Part shown: one piece after another, positions 31,021-39,013 of the stretch | How positions within the stretch are numbered: the first letter of the stretch is position 1 | How the letters are laid out: the number at the start of each line of letters is the position of its first letter | Assembly (NCBI GenBank): GCA_050949315.1 | Contig: JBMNFL010000001.1 | Coordinates: 32,001-96,000 of the forward strand | Source of the DNA: Bacilli bacterium | GTDB lineage: Bacteria > Bacillota_I > Bacilli_A > RFN20 > UBA1709 | Direction: 5' to 3' | DNA length: 64,000 bases | Position numbers and translations under genes: made by a program | Notes under the pieces: model-generated | What the model saw: the letters and a program-made list of their open reading frames with translations, nothing else | Database searches by the model: none | Told to the model about the DNA's origin: nothing

Positions 31021-32144
31021 TGTGTTAGGTTGCAAATGATGTGAGACGTTTCTTACATCTTATCTCACCAGTAGTTTGAACCAATTCAATTAACTTTTCA
31101 AGTTCCACTTCATTAGGTGTTTTAAATTTAAGAACAAGCTTAGGTAAATTGTTGTATCTTTTGTTCCATAATTTACCTTGATATCTAAGATCATCGAGGG
31201 AATAAAATTTTAAATGTTTATAGAATTTATCTTGATCAATTCGATGACTTCTTTCTACCTTACCATTATGTTGGGGGGTTCTAGGCCTTATCAAGTGATG
31301 ATTTATATGGTTTGTTCTACAAAATCTTTCTAAATAGTTTTCATATTTTCTAACATTCACGCCCTTATTTTTGCGGCGAACTTTATCAGTGAATTCCACA
31401 CCATTGTCTGTTTGAATTTCCTTTGGAAAACAACCTATTTTCTTATAAGCGAAGATCAAAGCCTGAACACTTTCATACATTGAATGTTCGGCCGTGAAAT
31501 AAAGAACTCTTTTTCGTGAACATTCATCTAAGATAGTGTATTGATAAAATCGACCTTCCAAACTATCAATTTTGCATTCTTTGGGAACATATTTAACATC
31601 CATTTGCCATTTTTCATGAACCATTTTGGGCGTATGGTATTGTTTGTCATGCTTTTTAGGATTTGGTTTGTAGGGAACAAATTCTTCATTTCTTTTAAAG
31701 GTTCTTAGAACACTAGATGGCGAGATATCTATACCATCATGTTTTAATCTAACCCATATTTCAACAAATGATTGATCAGGATTTCTTCTGTGGAGATCTA
31801 GTATTCTCTTAACAATATTCGCTTTTAATTTATTAGGATGATCCGATAAAGGCCTATGTGATCGATTTAATAACGATTCTTTACTTCCATCAAATCGCTT
31901 TAACCAACGATATAACGAACTCCTTTTAACGTGATAAAAAGATAGAATTTTTCTTATTGGCCAGGACGAAACCGTCCTCCTTAAGCAGGCGTGTAATTTT
32001 GTTTCAATATCTACTGGTATATAATTTCTTTCTTGTGTTAAAATATCCATGGGCATCTCCTTCTATATTGGTTCAACTTCATTATAGATAAGATGCCTAC
32101 TTTTTTTTATTAATTTTGTCTCACATCATTTGATATTAAACACA
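31021..32144 (-). mobile_element. IS481-like insertion sequence A (1124 bp)
   Basis: TGT...ACA ends; 27-bp TIRs TGTGTTAGGTTGCAAATGATGTGAGAC and TGTGTTTAATATCAAATGATGTGAGAC; single DDE transposase whose stop codon lies in the TIR. Confidence 0.9.
31025..32056 (-). CDS. IS481-like DDE transposase (HTH + rve integrase core)
   Basis: SLYRWLKRF HTH; WQMDVK, QTDNG.EF and PQHNGKVERSH catalytic motifs. Confidence 0.92.
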   Translation of the reverse strand: MPMDILTQERNYIPVDIETKLHACLRRTVSSWPIRKILSFYHVKRSSLYRWLKRFDGSKESLLNRSHRPLSDHPNKLKANIVKRILDLHRRNPDQSFVEIWVRLKHDGIDISPSSVLRTFKRNEEFVPYKPNPKKHDKQYHTPKMVHEKWQMDVKYVPKECKIDSLEGRFYQYTILDECSRKRVLYFTAEHSMYESVQALIFAYKKIGCFPKEIQTDNGVEFTDKVRRKNKGVNVRKYENYLERFCRTNHINHHLIRPRTPQHNGKVERSHRIDQDKFYKHLKFYSLDDLRYQGKLWNKRYNNLPKLVLKFKTPNEVELEKLIELVQTTGEIRCKKRLTSFAT

Positions 32145-32166
32145 GTTGACTAGTTTTTACTATAAT
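32145..32166 (+). repeat. 22-bp target-site duplication, copy 2
   Basis: Exactly fills the gap between the ACA end of IS-A and the TGT end of IS-B. Confidence 0.95.
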
Positions 32167-33214
32167 TGTCTTAATTGTCAAGACATATGTTACACTTTGA
32201 GAAATATTCTGTTACAACTTGATTAGGGCTTTTAAAGTTAAGACATGTTTTAGCTGTATTGTTATATCGCTGCTCGTGTTTAGCTACTTGTTGTCTAAGT
32301 TCTTTCTCGCTAATAAAGATTTTTCGCCCATACAGAATTTTTCCATCTTCTCTATGACTTCTTTCAACTTTTCCGTTCTGCCACGGTGAATAAGGTCTCG
32401 TCCTTTTTAATTTTATTCCTAACTTATTGGCCGTCAGTTCAAATATACTCGTTTTATTAGTACGATCATCATCATTTACAAATTCGGCTCCGTTGTCCAC
32501 TTGTATCATATTAATTGGAAATCCCATGGCTTTTTCTAGGCTTTTAAGATATTTTGTCGTTTCGTACGTACTCTTCTCTTTGACTATACAGAGAATTCTT
32601 TTGCGACTAAACTCATCAATTCCAGTGATTTGATAATATCTGTCTCCATATGTTGGGAATTTTATGCATTCAAGGGGAACATACTTTATATCTATCTGCA
32701 CCTTGTCTCCAGGATATTTTCCGTCCAATCTTTCGTATTTTGTATAACTCTTACGATGAATTTCCGGGGTTTTATAACCCTTTTTTCGTATTTGTCGACA
32801 CATACTCCCAAAACTTCTTTTATACCCTTTTTGACAACATCGAACATATACTTCTGCCAATCCATAAACACCATTTCTTCTTAACATTCGCTTAATTAGC
32901 GACAGCTCATCATCTGTATGAGCATTTGGACTAGTTAGGGGTCTTCTTGAGCGCAAGGCAAGACTTCTGATGTCCCCATCATATTTGTTTAATTGCCTAT
33001 AAACAAACTGACGGTTGGTGTGATAACGCCTTGCGGCTCTTGTTACACCATTTTTGAGCGCATATTCACACATTTTCTGGCGAAAGCGCATTTCTTCGGT
33101 TATACTAGTCATGAGAGAGCTCCTTTCGGTACCTTTTTTTGGATAAACTTATTGTACCAGAGTCTCTCTCTTTTTTTATTTATTTCTGTAACATATGTTT
33201 TATCACACTACACA
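32167..33214 (-). mobile_element. IS481-like insertion sequence B (1048 bp)
   Basis: TGT...ACA ends; imperfect 28-bp TIRs TGTCTTAATTGTCAAGACATATGTTACA and TGTGTAGTGTGATAAAACATATGTTACA (20/28 by manual count). Confidence 0.88.
32171..33112 (-). CDS. IS481-like DDE transposase
   Basis: N-terminal HTH (AARRYHTNRQFVYR); VQIDIK, QVDNG.EF and PWQNGKVERSH. Confidence 0.92.
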   Translation of the reverse strand: MTSITEEMRFRQKMCEYALKNGVTRAARRYHTNRQFVYRQLNKYDGDIRSLALRSRRPLTSPNAHTDDELSLIKRMLRRNGVYGLAEVYVRCCQKGYKRSFGSMCRQIRKKGYKTPEIHRKSYTKYERLDGKYPGDKVQIDIKYVPLECIKFPTYGDRYYQITGIDEFSRKRILCIVKEKSTYETTKYLKSLEKAMGFPINMIQVDNGAEFVNDDDRTNKTSIFELTANKLGIKLKRTRPYSPWQNGKVERSHREDGKILYGRKIFISEKELRQQVAKHEQRYNNTAKTCLNFKSPNQVVTEYFSKCNICLDN

Positions 33215-33236
33215 GTTGACTAGTTTTTACTATAAT
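33215..33236 (+). repeat. 22-bp target-site duplication, copy 3
   Basis: Identical to copies 1 and 2. Confidence 0.95.
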
Positions 33237-33245
33237 TGTTAAAAT
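33216..33245 (+). promoter_or_regulatory. putative sigmaA promoter of spxA (its -35 lies in repeat copy 3)
   Basis: TTGACT (33216-33221)-18 nt-TAAAAT (33240-33245) with extended TG, 20 nt before the TTG start. Confidence 0.6.
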
Positions 33246-33265
33246 AACAACAGAAGGTGATTTAA

Positions 33266-33691
33266 TTGATTAGAATCTATACGTCTCCAAGTTGTGCTTC
33301 CTGTCGTAAGGCCATCGCCTTTTTAAAGGAGCACAAAATCCCTTTCAAGGAAAAGAATATTTTGACGGCGCTTTTGTCGGAGGCGGAAATTAGAGACATT
33401 TTGGTAAAAAGCGAAAACGGGACTGATGATATTATCTCTAAGCGCTCCAAAATTATTAAGGAGGGTAATGTTGATATTGATAGTATGAAAGTCAGTGAAT
33501 TAATCGCTTTTATTCGTGAAAATCCAACGGTTTTAAAGCGACCTATCATCGTTAATGATCGCTTGATGCAAGTTGGTTATAATAAAGAAGAGATTAGGAC
33601 CTTTATCCCGCGAGAACTACGTCGTCTCATGTATGAGAGTAATTGTGGTCCGGATTGTCCTAATTGTAAGGATGATTGTTATAAAAAATAA
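33266..33691 (+). CDS. spxA: Spx-family transcriptional regulator
   Basis: TSPSCASCRKA CXXC, ENGTDDIIS, LKRPII, QVGYN, FIPR; trpS-spxA-CYTH-nadK neighbourhood as in Bacilli. Confidence 0.92.
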   Translation: MIRIYTSPSCASCRKAIAFLKEHKIPFKEKNILTALLSEAEIRDILVKSENGTDDIISKRSKIIKEGNVDIDSMKVSELIAFIRENPTVLKRPIIVNDRLMQVGYNKEEIRTFIPRELRRLMYESNCGPDCPNCKDDCYKK

Positions 33692-33716
33692 AACATGGTT
33701 TCAAGCCATGTTTTTT
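33690..33716. terminator. bidirectional terminator between spxA and nadK
   Basis: AAAACATGGT-TTCAA-GCCATGTTTTTT. Confidence 0.75.
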
Positions 33717-34503
33717 AATCAAGAAATTTTTCTTTGATTTTCTTCAAGAAACTATTTTCTCGGAAGTGAATTAAGTTCACACATTTTGGACTAAGCTGGA
33801 CTTCAATTTTCCCGGCTTTCGGTTTTTTTATGGAGTAGTAATCAATGCCGATGTAGGCGGATTCAAAATATTGAGATTCTAGGCTTATTTTGTGTGTTTC
33901 ATCTAAAATTAAGGGATTTAATAAAGTGCGAATATTCCGAGTATTGATTGGGGCGATTTCGCTAATAGTTATAGCCTTAATTGTGCGCTCAACTAAGGGA
34001 CCGCCTAAGGAACGGTTGTAAGCAGTTGAACCTAAAGGACTGCAAATACAAAGACCATTACCAAAGGTTTTTTCAAAGTCTTGATTATCAATTGCAACAT
34101 TAATTTCTAAAGTGCGAAAACGGTGTTCTACACGCAGTTCATTAACACAGAAATGTTGCTCCTTTTTATCATCATAAAAATAATTTACTTCCAGTAAATG
34201 ACATTTTTCTTCTTGGTAGTCTTTAGTTAAAAGATCATCAATTAAAAGATTGACATCTTTAGAATTATAGTCGGTTAAAAAACCAAGTGTCCCCGTGTTC
34301 AAAGCGACAAATTTAGTTTTATCGAGTTGGTTCAAGTAACGATGAATGGCCCGCAAAACCTTGCCGTCGCCGCCAATAACAATAACAAATTCAGGATTAA
34401 CATCATCATTAATCCAAGCATTAGCTTCCAATTCTTCCCTAATTCTTTGGGCAGCATTAATGGAGAAATTATCGGTGCGACTATAGATGGTAAACTTTTT
34501 CAT
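33715..34503 (-). CDS. nadK: NAD kinase
   Basis: IGGDG, GTLGFL, NE, GSTAYNRSLGGP. Confidence 0.93.
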   Translation of the reverse strand: MKKFTIYSRTDNFSINAAQRIREELEANAWINDDVNPEFVIVIGGDGKVLRAIHRYLNQLDKTKFVALNTGTLGFLTDYNSKDVNLLIDDLLTKDYQEEKCHLLEVNYFYDDKKEQHFCVNELRVEHRFRTLEINVAIDNQDFEKTFGNGLCICSPLGSTAYNRSLGGPLVERTIKAITISEIAPINTRNIRTLLNPLILDETHKISLESQYFESAYIGIDYYSIKKPKAGKIEVQLSPKCVNLIHFRENSFLKKIKEKFLD

Positions 34504-34568
34504 CCATTTAACCTCTTTCTAATTCTCTTTTATTATTGTATCATAAACTTGAAAAAGGAGGTATAATA

Positions 34569-35111
34569 ATGAGCAAATTTATCGAAATTGAGGCCAAGTA
34601 TTTATTAAACAAGGAAGATTTTATTAAATTGCACCAATATTTAAAATTAGACGATCAAAAAAGTTTTGTTCAAAATAATGAATATCTTGATACGTTGGAC
34701 CAGCATTTACGTGAAAAGGCTTGGATGTTACGCATAAGAACTATTGGGACCCAAAAAGAATTGACCTTAAAAAAGCCACTTAAAGAGGGTATGGAAGAAA
34801 CAAATATTCCAATTAGTGCCGAAGAATATCAAAAGATTATCAAAACGGGTCGAGTTCCCCTTACTGGCTTAGAAAAACTAAAATTTGTGGTCATTGGGCG
34901 CCTACTTACTAAACGAATTTCTTGCCCTTATGAAGGGGGCGAACTTTTTCTAGACGAAAATTATTATCGTAGTCTTTACGATTACGAAGTTGAATATGAA
35001 GTAAAGGATTCTCTTGAGCGTGCTAAAAAAACGCTGGAAGAACTTTTTGATAAGTTGGAGATTAGTTCTTATAGACCTTCACGTTCAAAAAATTATCGTT
35101 GCTGTTATTAA
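34569..35111 (+). CDS. CYTH-domain protein (YjbK-like)
   Basis: EIEAK, LRIR, ELTLK, DYEVEYE, SK..R. Confidence 0.88.
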   Translation: MSKFIEIEAKYLLNKEDFIKLHQYLKLDDQKSFVQNNEYLDTLDQHLREKAWMLRIRTIGTQKELTLKKPLKEGMEETNIPISAEEYQKIIKTGRVPLTGLEKLKFVVIGRLLTKRISCPYEGGELFLDENYYRSLYDYEVEYEVKDSLERAKKTLEELFDKLEISSYRPSRSKNYRCCY

Positions 35112-35139
35112 AAAATGTTAGACAAGAGCTAACATTTTT
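35111..35139. terminator. bidirectional terminator between the CYTH gene and maf
   Basis: AAAAATGTTAG-ACAAGAG-CTAACATTTTT. Confidence 0.7.
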
Positions 35140-35142
35140 CTT

Positions 35143-35694
35143 TTATAGGTGTTTCAATTCTTGAATAATTTTAGCGATTGGTAGTCCCATTACGGTATAA
35201 AAATCGCCGTTAATGGCTTTTATATATTTAGCACCCAGTCCTTGAATAGCATAAGCACCTGCTTTATCTAAAGGCTCTTTGGTGGCGACATAATCGGCAA
35301 TTTCTTTTGCACTCATGGGATAGAATTCCACCTCAGTGATTGAAGTAAAAGAGCGGATTTTAGTGCCTTTTTGTAGGCAAACACCGGTGGAAACCAAATG
35401 CTTTTCACCGGCTAGTTTGCTTAACATTTCTTGAGCCTCCAACGAATTTTTGGGTTTGCCAAGAATTTCATTATCAATAATGACAATAGTATCGGCAGCA
35501 AGAACGATATCATCAGGGTGTTTTTTGGAAACATTCTGCGCTTTTGCTTGGGCTAATTTTTCGGGCAAGTAGATTTTTTCGCCTGTATATTTTAAATTTT
35601 CTTCAGTAAAATCTGAAGGTATGACTTGGAATTTTAAGCCCACTAGTTTGAGGATTTCCTTCCGCCTAGGGGAAGCGCTAGCTAAGATTAACAT
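35143..35694 (-). CDS. maf: Maf-family nucleoside triphosphate pyrophosphatase
   Basis: LILASASPRR, ADTIV, ILGKP, DKAGAYAIQG. Confidence 0.94.
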   Translation of the reverse strand: MLILASASPRRKEILKLVGLKFQVIPSDFTEENLKYTGEKIYLPEKLAQAKAQNVSKKHPDDIVLAADTIVIIDNEILGKPKNSLEAQEMLSKLAGEKHLVSTGVCLQKGTKIRSFTSITEVEFYPMSAKEIADYVATKEPLDKAGAYAIQGLGAKYIKAINGDFYTVMGLPIAKIIQELKHL

Positions 35695-35699
35695 CTCAA

Positions 35700-37466
35700 T
35701 TATTTCTCTGATAATTTACTTTCCACTTTAGCCATGGTTTTTCTTCTTTTGCGCACATCTTTAATGACATGATTCAACACTTCATCTTCTTCAGTTAATT
35801 TATTCATTATGACGGGAACAATCATGGGATTACGATTGGTTTTTTCATAGATAAAAGAGGCCAAAGAGTTGCGAATGGTATTCTTAATATTGGCAAATGT
35901 CACGCGGCCAGCAAAGAGTTCTTGTAATGAATCTTCAACATGTTGACTGGCGCTTTTTACTAATTCACCTGTTTCATCAATTTTAATAAAGCCCCGAGAG
36001 ACAATCTTTGGGGGAATAATCAATTGATTGGTGCGTGAGTCCATAGTAATTAAGCAGATTAGCACACCATCGCTTGATAAGATTTTGCGATCGCGGATAA
36101 TGGCGGTAGAAAGCCCCGAGCTATCTTTGCCGTCAACATAGATATCTTCAGCAGCTACTCTTTGACCTAGTCGCACTTCGCCCCTGCGAATGATAATAGT
36201 GTCGCCATTTGCTAAAACAAAGATATTTTCTTTAGGTATTCCTAAGGATTGAGCGATTTCGGCATGAATTTTTAACATGCGGTATTCACCGTGGATAGGC
36301 ATAAAGTATTTAGGCTCTAATAGGGCCAGCATACACTTTAATTCTTCTTGGTTAGCGTGACCTGAGGCATGAATGTTATTCAAAATTGAATTGGTTAGAA
36401 CATTAGCTCCCTGTCGGTAAAGTTTATTGACAACACGATTAATACTTAAAGCATTACCAGGGATGGGACTAGAAGAAAAAACCACGGTGTCGCCAGGCAT
36501 AATTTTCAAATATTTATGAGTACCATTGGAAATACGCGACAAGGCGGCTAAGGGTTCACCTTGACTACCTGTACAAAGGATTAATAGCTGCTCTGGTCGA
36601 TACAAATTAACATTATTCATGGCAATAATTTGGGAATCTGGACAGCGAATGTAACCATATTTTCTACCAATAGAGACGGTTTTATCCATTGAGCGCCCAA
36701 CGATGGCGATTTTTCGCTTGAAACGAACAGCGGCCTCAACAATTTGTTGAATACGATGGATATTAGAGGCGAAAGTGGCCACTAGTAAACGACCACGGGT
36801 ATTTTTAAAAACATCATTAATCTGTTCGACAACTTTACTTTCACTTAAGGATAAACCCGGAACTTCAGCGTTAGTTGAGTCACTTAAAAGTAGAGTAACA
36901 CCAGCTTTACCAATAGCGGCAATCTTATGAAGATCCATGTGTTGGCCGATAGGAGTTAAATCAATTTTAAAATCACCAGTATGGACAATTCGACCATTAG
37001 GTGTATTAATAGCTAGTCCTAAAGAATCGGGAATTGAGTGCGTGACACTAAAGAAATCAATACGCATATCATCAATGGTTAGAGAAGAATCTCCATCAAT
37101 TTCCTCAATGTTTACTTTTTGACGAATATGAAATTCTTCTAATTTATTTTTGATTAAAGCAGCCGCTAAACGCGGAGCATAGATAATGGGAATATTAACT
37201 TTTTGAAGCAGAAAAGGAATCGAACCGATGTGATCCTCGTGTCCATGCGTAATAAGTAAAGCCTTGATTTTATATTGATTAGAAACCAAATAACTAAAAT
37301 CAGGGATTACATAGTCAATACCGGGCAAATTTTCTTCTGGGAACATTACGCCCGAGTCGATTATTATGATAGTTGTATCATCTTCAACACAGTAAAGATT
37401 TTTACCTACTTCACCAAGACCGCCCAAAGCAAACACTGCAGTTTCACTTCGGCTAAAATTGTGCAT
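35700..37466 (-). CDS. rnj: ribonuclease J
   Basis: LGGLGEVGKN, THGHEDHIG, HTGDFK, HASGHA, PIHGE. Confidence 0.96.
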   Translation of the reverse strand: MHNFSRSETAVFALGGLGEVGKNLYCVEDDTTIIIIDSGVMFPEENLPGIDYVIPDFSYLVSNQYKIKALLITHGHEDHIGSIPFLLQKVNIPIIYAPRLAAALIKNKLEEFHIRQKVNIEEIDGDSSLTIDDMRIDFFSVTHSIPDSLGLAINTPNGRIVHTGDFKIDLTPIGQHMDLHKIAAIGKAGVTLLLSDSTNAEVPGLSLSESKVVEQINDVFKNTRGRLLVATFASNIHRIQQIVEAAVRFKRKIAIVGRSMDKTVSIGRKYGYIRCPDSQIIAMNNVNLYRPEQLLILCTGSQGEPLAALSRISNGTHKYLKIMPGDTVVFSSSPIPGNALSINRVVNKLYRQGANVLTNSILNNIHASGHANQEELKCMLALLEPKYFMPIHGEYRMLKIHAEIAQSLGIPKENIFVLANGDTIIIRRGEVRLGQRVAAEDIYVDGKDSSGLSTAIIRDRKILSSDGVLICLITMDSRTNQLIIPPKIVSRGFIKIDETGELVKSASQHVEDSLQELFAGRVTFANIKNTIRNSLASFIYEKTNRNPMIVPVIMNKLTEEDEVLNHVIKDVRKRRKTMAKVESKLSEK

Positions 37467-37576
37467 AAATTGTCGTCCTCCTATTATCTAAGTAAACCAG
37501 TTGGTGCTATTCTAACATACAAAAATCTTTTTGACTAGTGTTTTCAATAAAAAAGTGCAAAGTATCGAAAAAACAA

Positions 37577-38908
37577 TTAAAAATCAGCTTTAATCAAACG
37601 TTTAAAGGCTAAAATATTTGCTCCTTGATTGAGATCGTATTTATTGCCAAAAGTTTTGGCAGTTTCAAAAATGTCTTCAAAGATTCTTAACATATTCTCT
37701 TTAAGCTTTTGATCAACTTCTTGGAATGACCATTGCTCGTTTTTAGCATTTTGAAGCATTTCAAAATAAGAAACAATCACTCCACCAGCATTAGCGGCTT
37801 TACTTGGACCAAAGATGATTCTATTATCAACAAGAAAATCCACGGCTTCTTTGGTGCAGGGTTTATTGGCCCCTTCACAAACAGCTAAGCAAGCATTGTT
37901 TTTTAATTTTTTAGCGGCCGGAAGATCTAATTCATTTTGCGTGGCGCAGGGTAAGGCAATGTCACAAGGAAAATCCCAAATAGCCTGAGGATCATCAGAG
38001 TAAAGACTATTAGGACATGTTTTAAGATATTCCTTAATTCTTCCGCGTTTTTCTTTAATTTTTTGAATGGAAGTTATATTTAAACCTTTTGGGTCGTAGA
38101 CAAGACTAGAGGAATCCGACATGGCTACAATAATGGCTCCTAGTTCTTGAACTTTTAAAGCAGTATGAATTGCCACATTTCCTGAGCCGGAGATGATAAT
38201 CTTTTTCTTTTTAAAATCACTATTTAAAAATCTTTTAAGAGCGGCTTCAGTAAAATAGCAAAGACCATAACCAGTTGCTTCTTTTCTTAGGTATGAGCCC
38301 CCGTCTTTTAAATCTTTGCCAGTAAAACTGCCTTTTTCGGCTTGGGGATTTAAGCGACAAAACTCGTGATAAAGATAGGAGATTTCTTGACTGCCAACAC
38401 CAATATCGCCGGCAGGAATATCAATGTCTGCTCCAATATGCGGTGCCAGTTTAGTTATAAAAGTTTCACAGAAGCGTTTGATTTCAGAAGCGCTTTTACC
38501 TTTGGTATCAAAATTTGCCCCACCTTTTGCGCCACCTAAATTAAAACCGGTTAAAGCATTTTTGAAACTTTGTTCTAGGGCTAGAAATTTAAAAACAGAT
38601 TCGTTTACTGATGGATGAAAACGCAGCCCACCTTTATAAGGACCCAGCGTAGAATTAAATTGGATACGATAGCCCTTATTGCTTAAAAGTTGACCTTGAT
38701 CATCTTGCCAATTGACATTAAAAGTTACAACTTTTTCGGGAATAAATAAAGAAGTTAAACTTTCTTCATCTAGTTGCGAAGAATGAAGAGTCAAGTAGGC
38801 TTCCAAACTTTCCAAAATACTCTCGACCGTTTCTAGATATTCTTTTTGTTTAGGAGCCAAGTTCAAAATTCTTTGATAAACTTTTTTTGATAGTTCTAAT
38901 TTGAGCAT
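37577..38908 (-). CDS. gdhA: glutamate dehydrogenase
   Basis: GPYKGGLRFH, GGAKGG, DIPAGDIG, EATGYG, GSGNVA, EGAN, ANAGGV. Confidence 0.93.
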   Translation of the reverse strand: MLKLELSKKVYQRILNLAPKQKEYLETVESILESLEAYLTLHSSQLDEESLTSLFIPEKVVTFNVNWQDDQGQLLSNKGYRIQFNSTLGPYKGGLRFHPSVNESVFKFLALEQSFKNALTGFNLGGAKGGANFDTKGKSASEIKRFCETFITKLAPHIGADIDIPAGDIGVGSQEISYLYHEFCRLNPQAEKGSFTGKDLKDGGSYLRKEATGYGLCYFTEAALKRFLNSDFKKKKIIISGSGNVAIHTALKVQELGAIIVAMSDSSSLVYDPKGLNITSIQKIKEKRGRIKEYLKTCPNSLYSDDPQAIWDFPCDIALPCATQNELDLPAAKKLKNNACLAVCEGANKPCTKEAVDFLVDNRIIFGPSKAANAGGVIVSYFEMLQNAKNEQWSFQEVDQKLKENMLRIFEDIFETAKTFGNKYDLNQGANILAFKRLIKADF

Positions 38909-39013
38909 GTTTTTACCTCTTCTTATATAGATAATTATGGACTTTTTAAAGAAAAATGGGAACCTGTGTTGTGAAACTATATAAAATTAAAAGCCGTAAG
39001 GAAAAATTTAAAA

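Noticed and set aside
30997-31023. IS target as a XerCD dif site
   Set aside because: Only AGTTGAC loosely resembles a XerD arm. The 11-6-11 consensus is not met by eye; a dif profile scan would settle it.
31021-33214. Composite transposon or tandem duplication of one IS
   Set aside because: The elements have different TIRs and divergent transposases, and there is no cargo between them other than the 22-bp repeat.
32427-33223. Several short ORFs within IS-B
   Set aside because: Alternative-frame or antisense ORFs without motifs. The transposase is a single intact frame, so no IS3-type frameshift is needed.
30997-33239. The three 27-bp repeats as a true CRISPR array
   Set aside because: The intervening segments are complete IS elements over 1 kb long with TIRs, and no cas genes are present in the window. 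The resemblance is architectural only.
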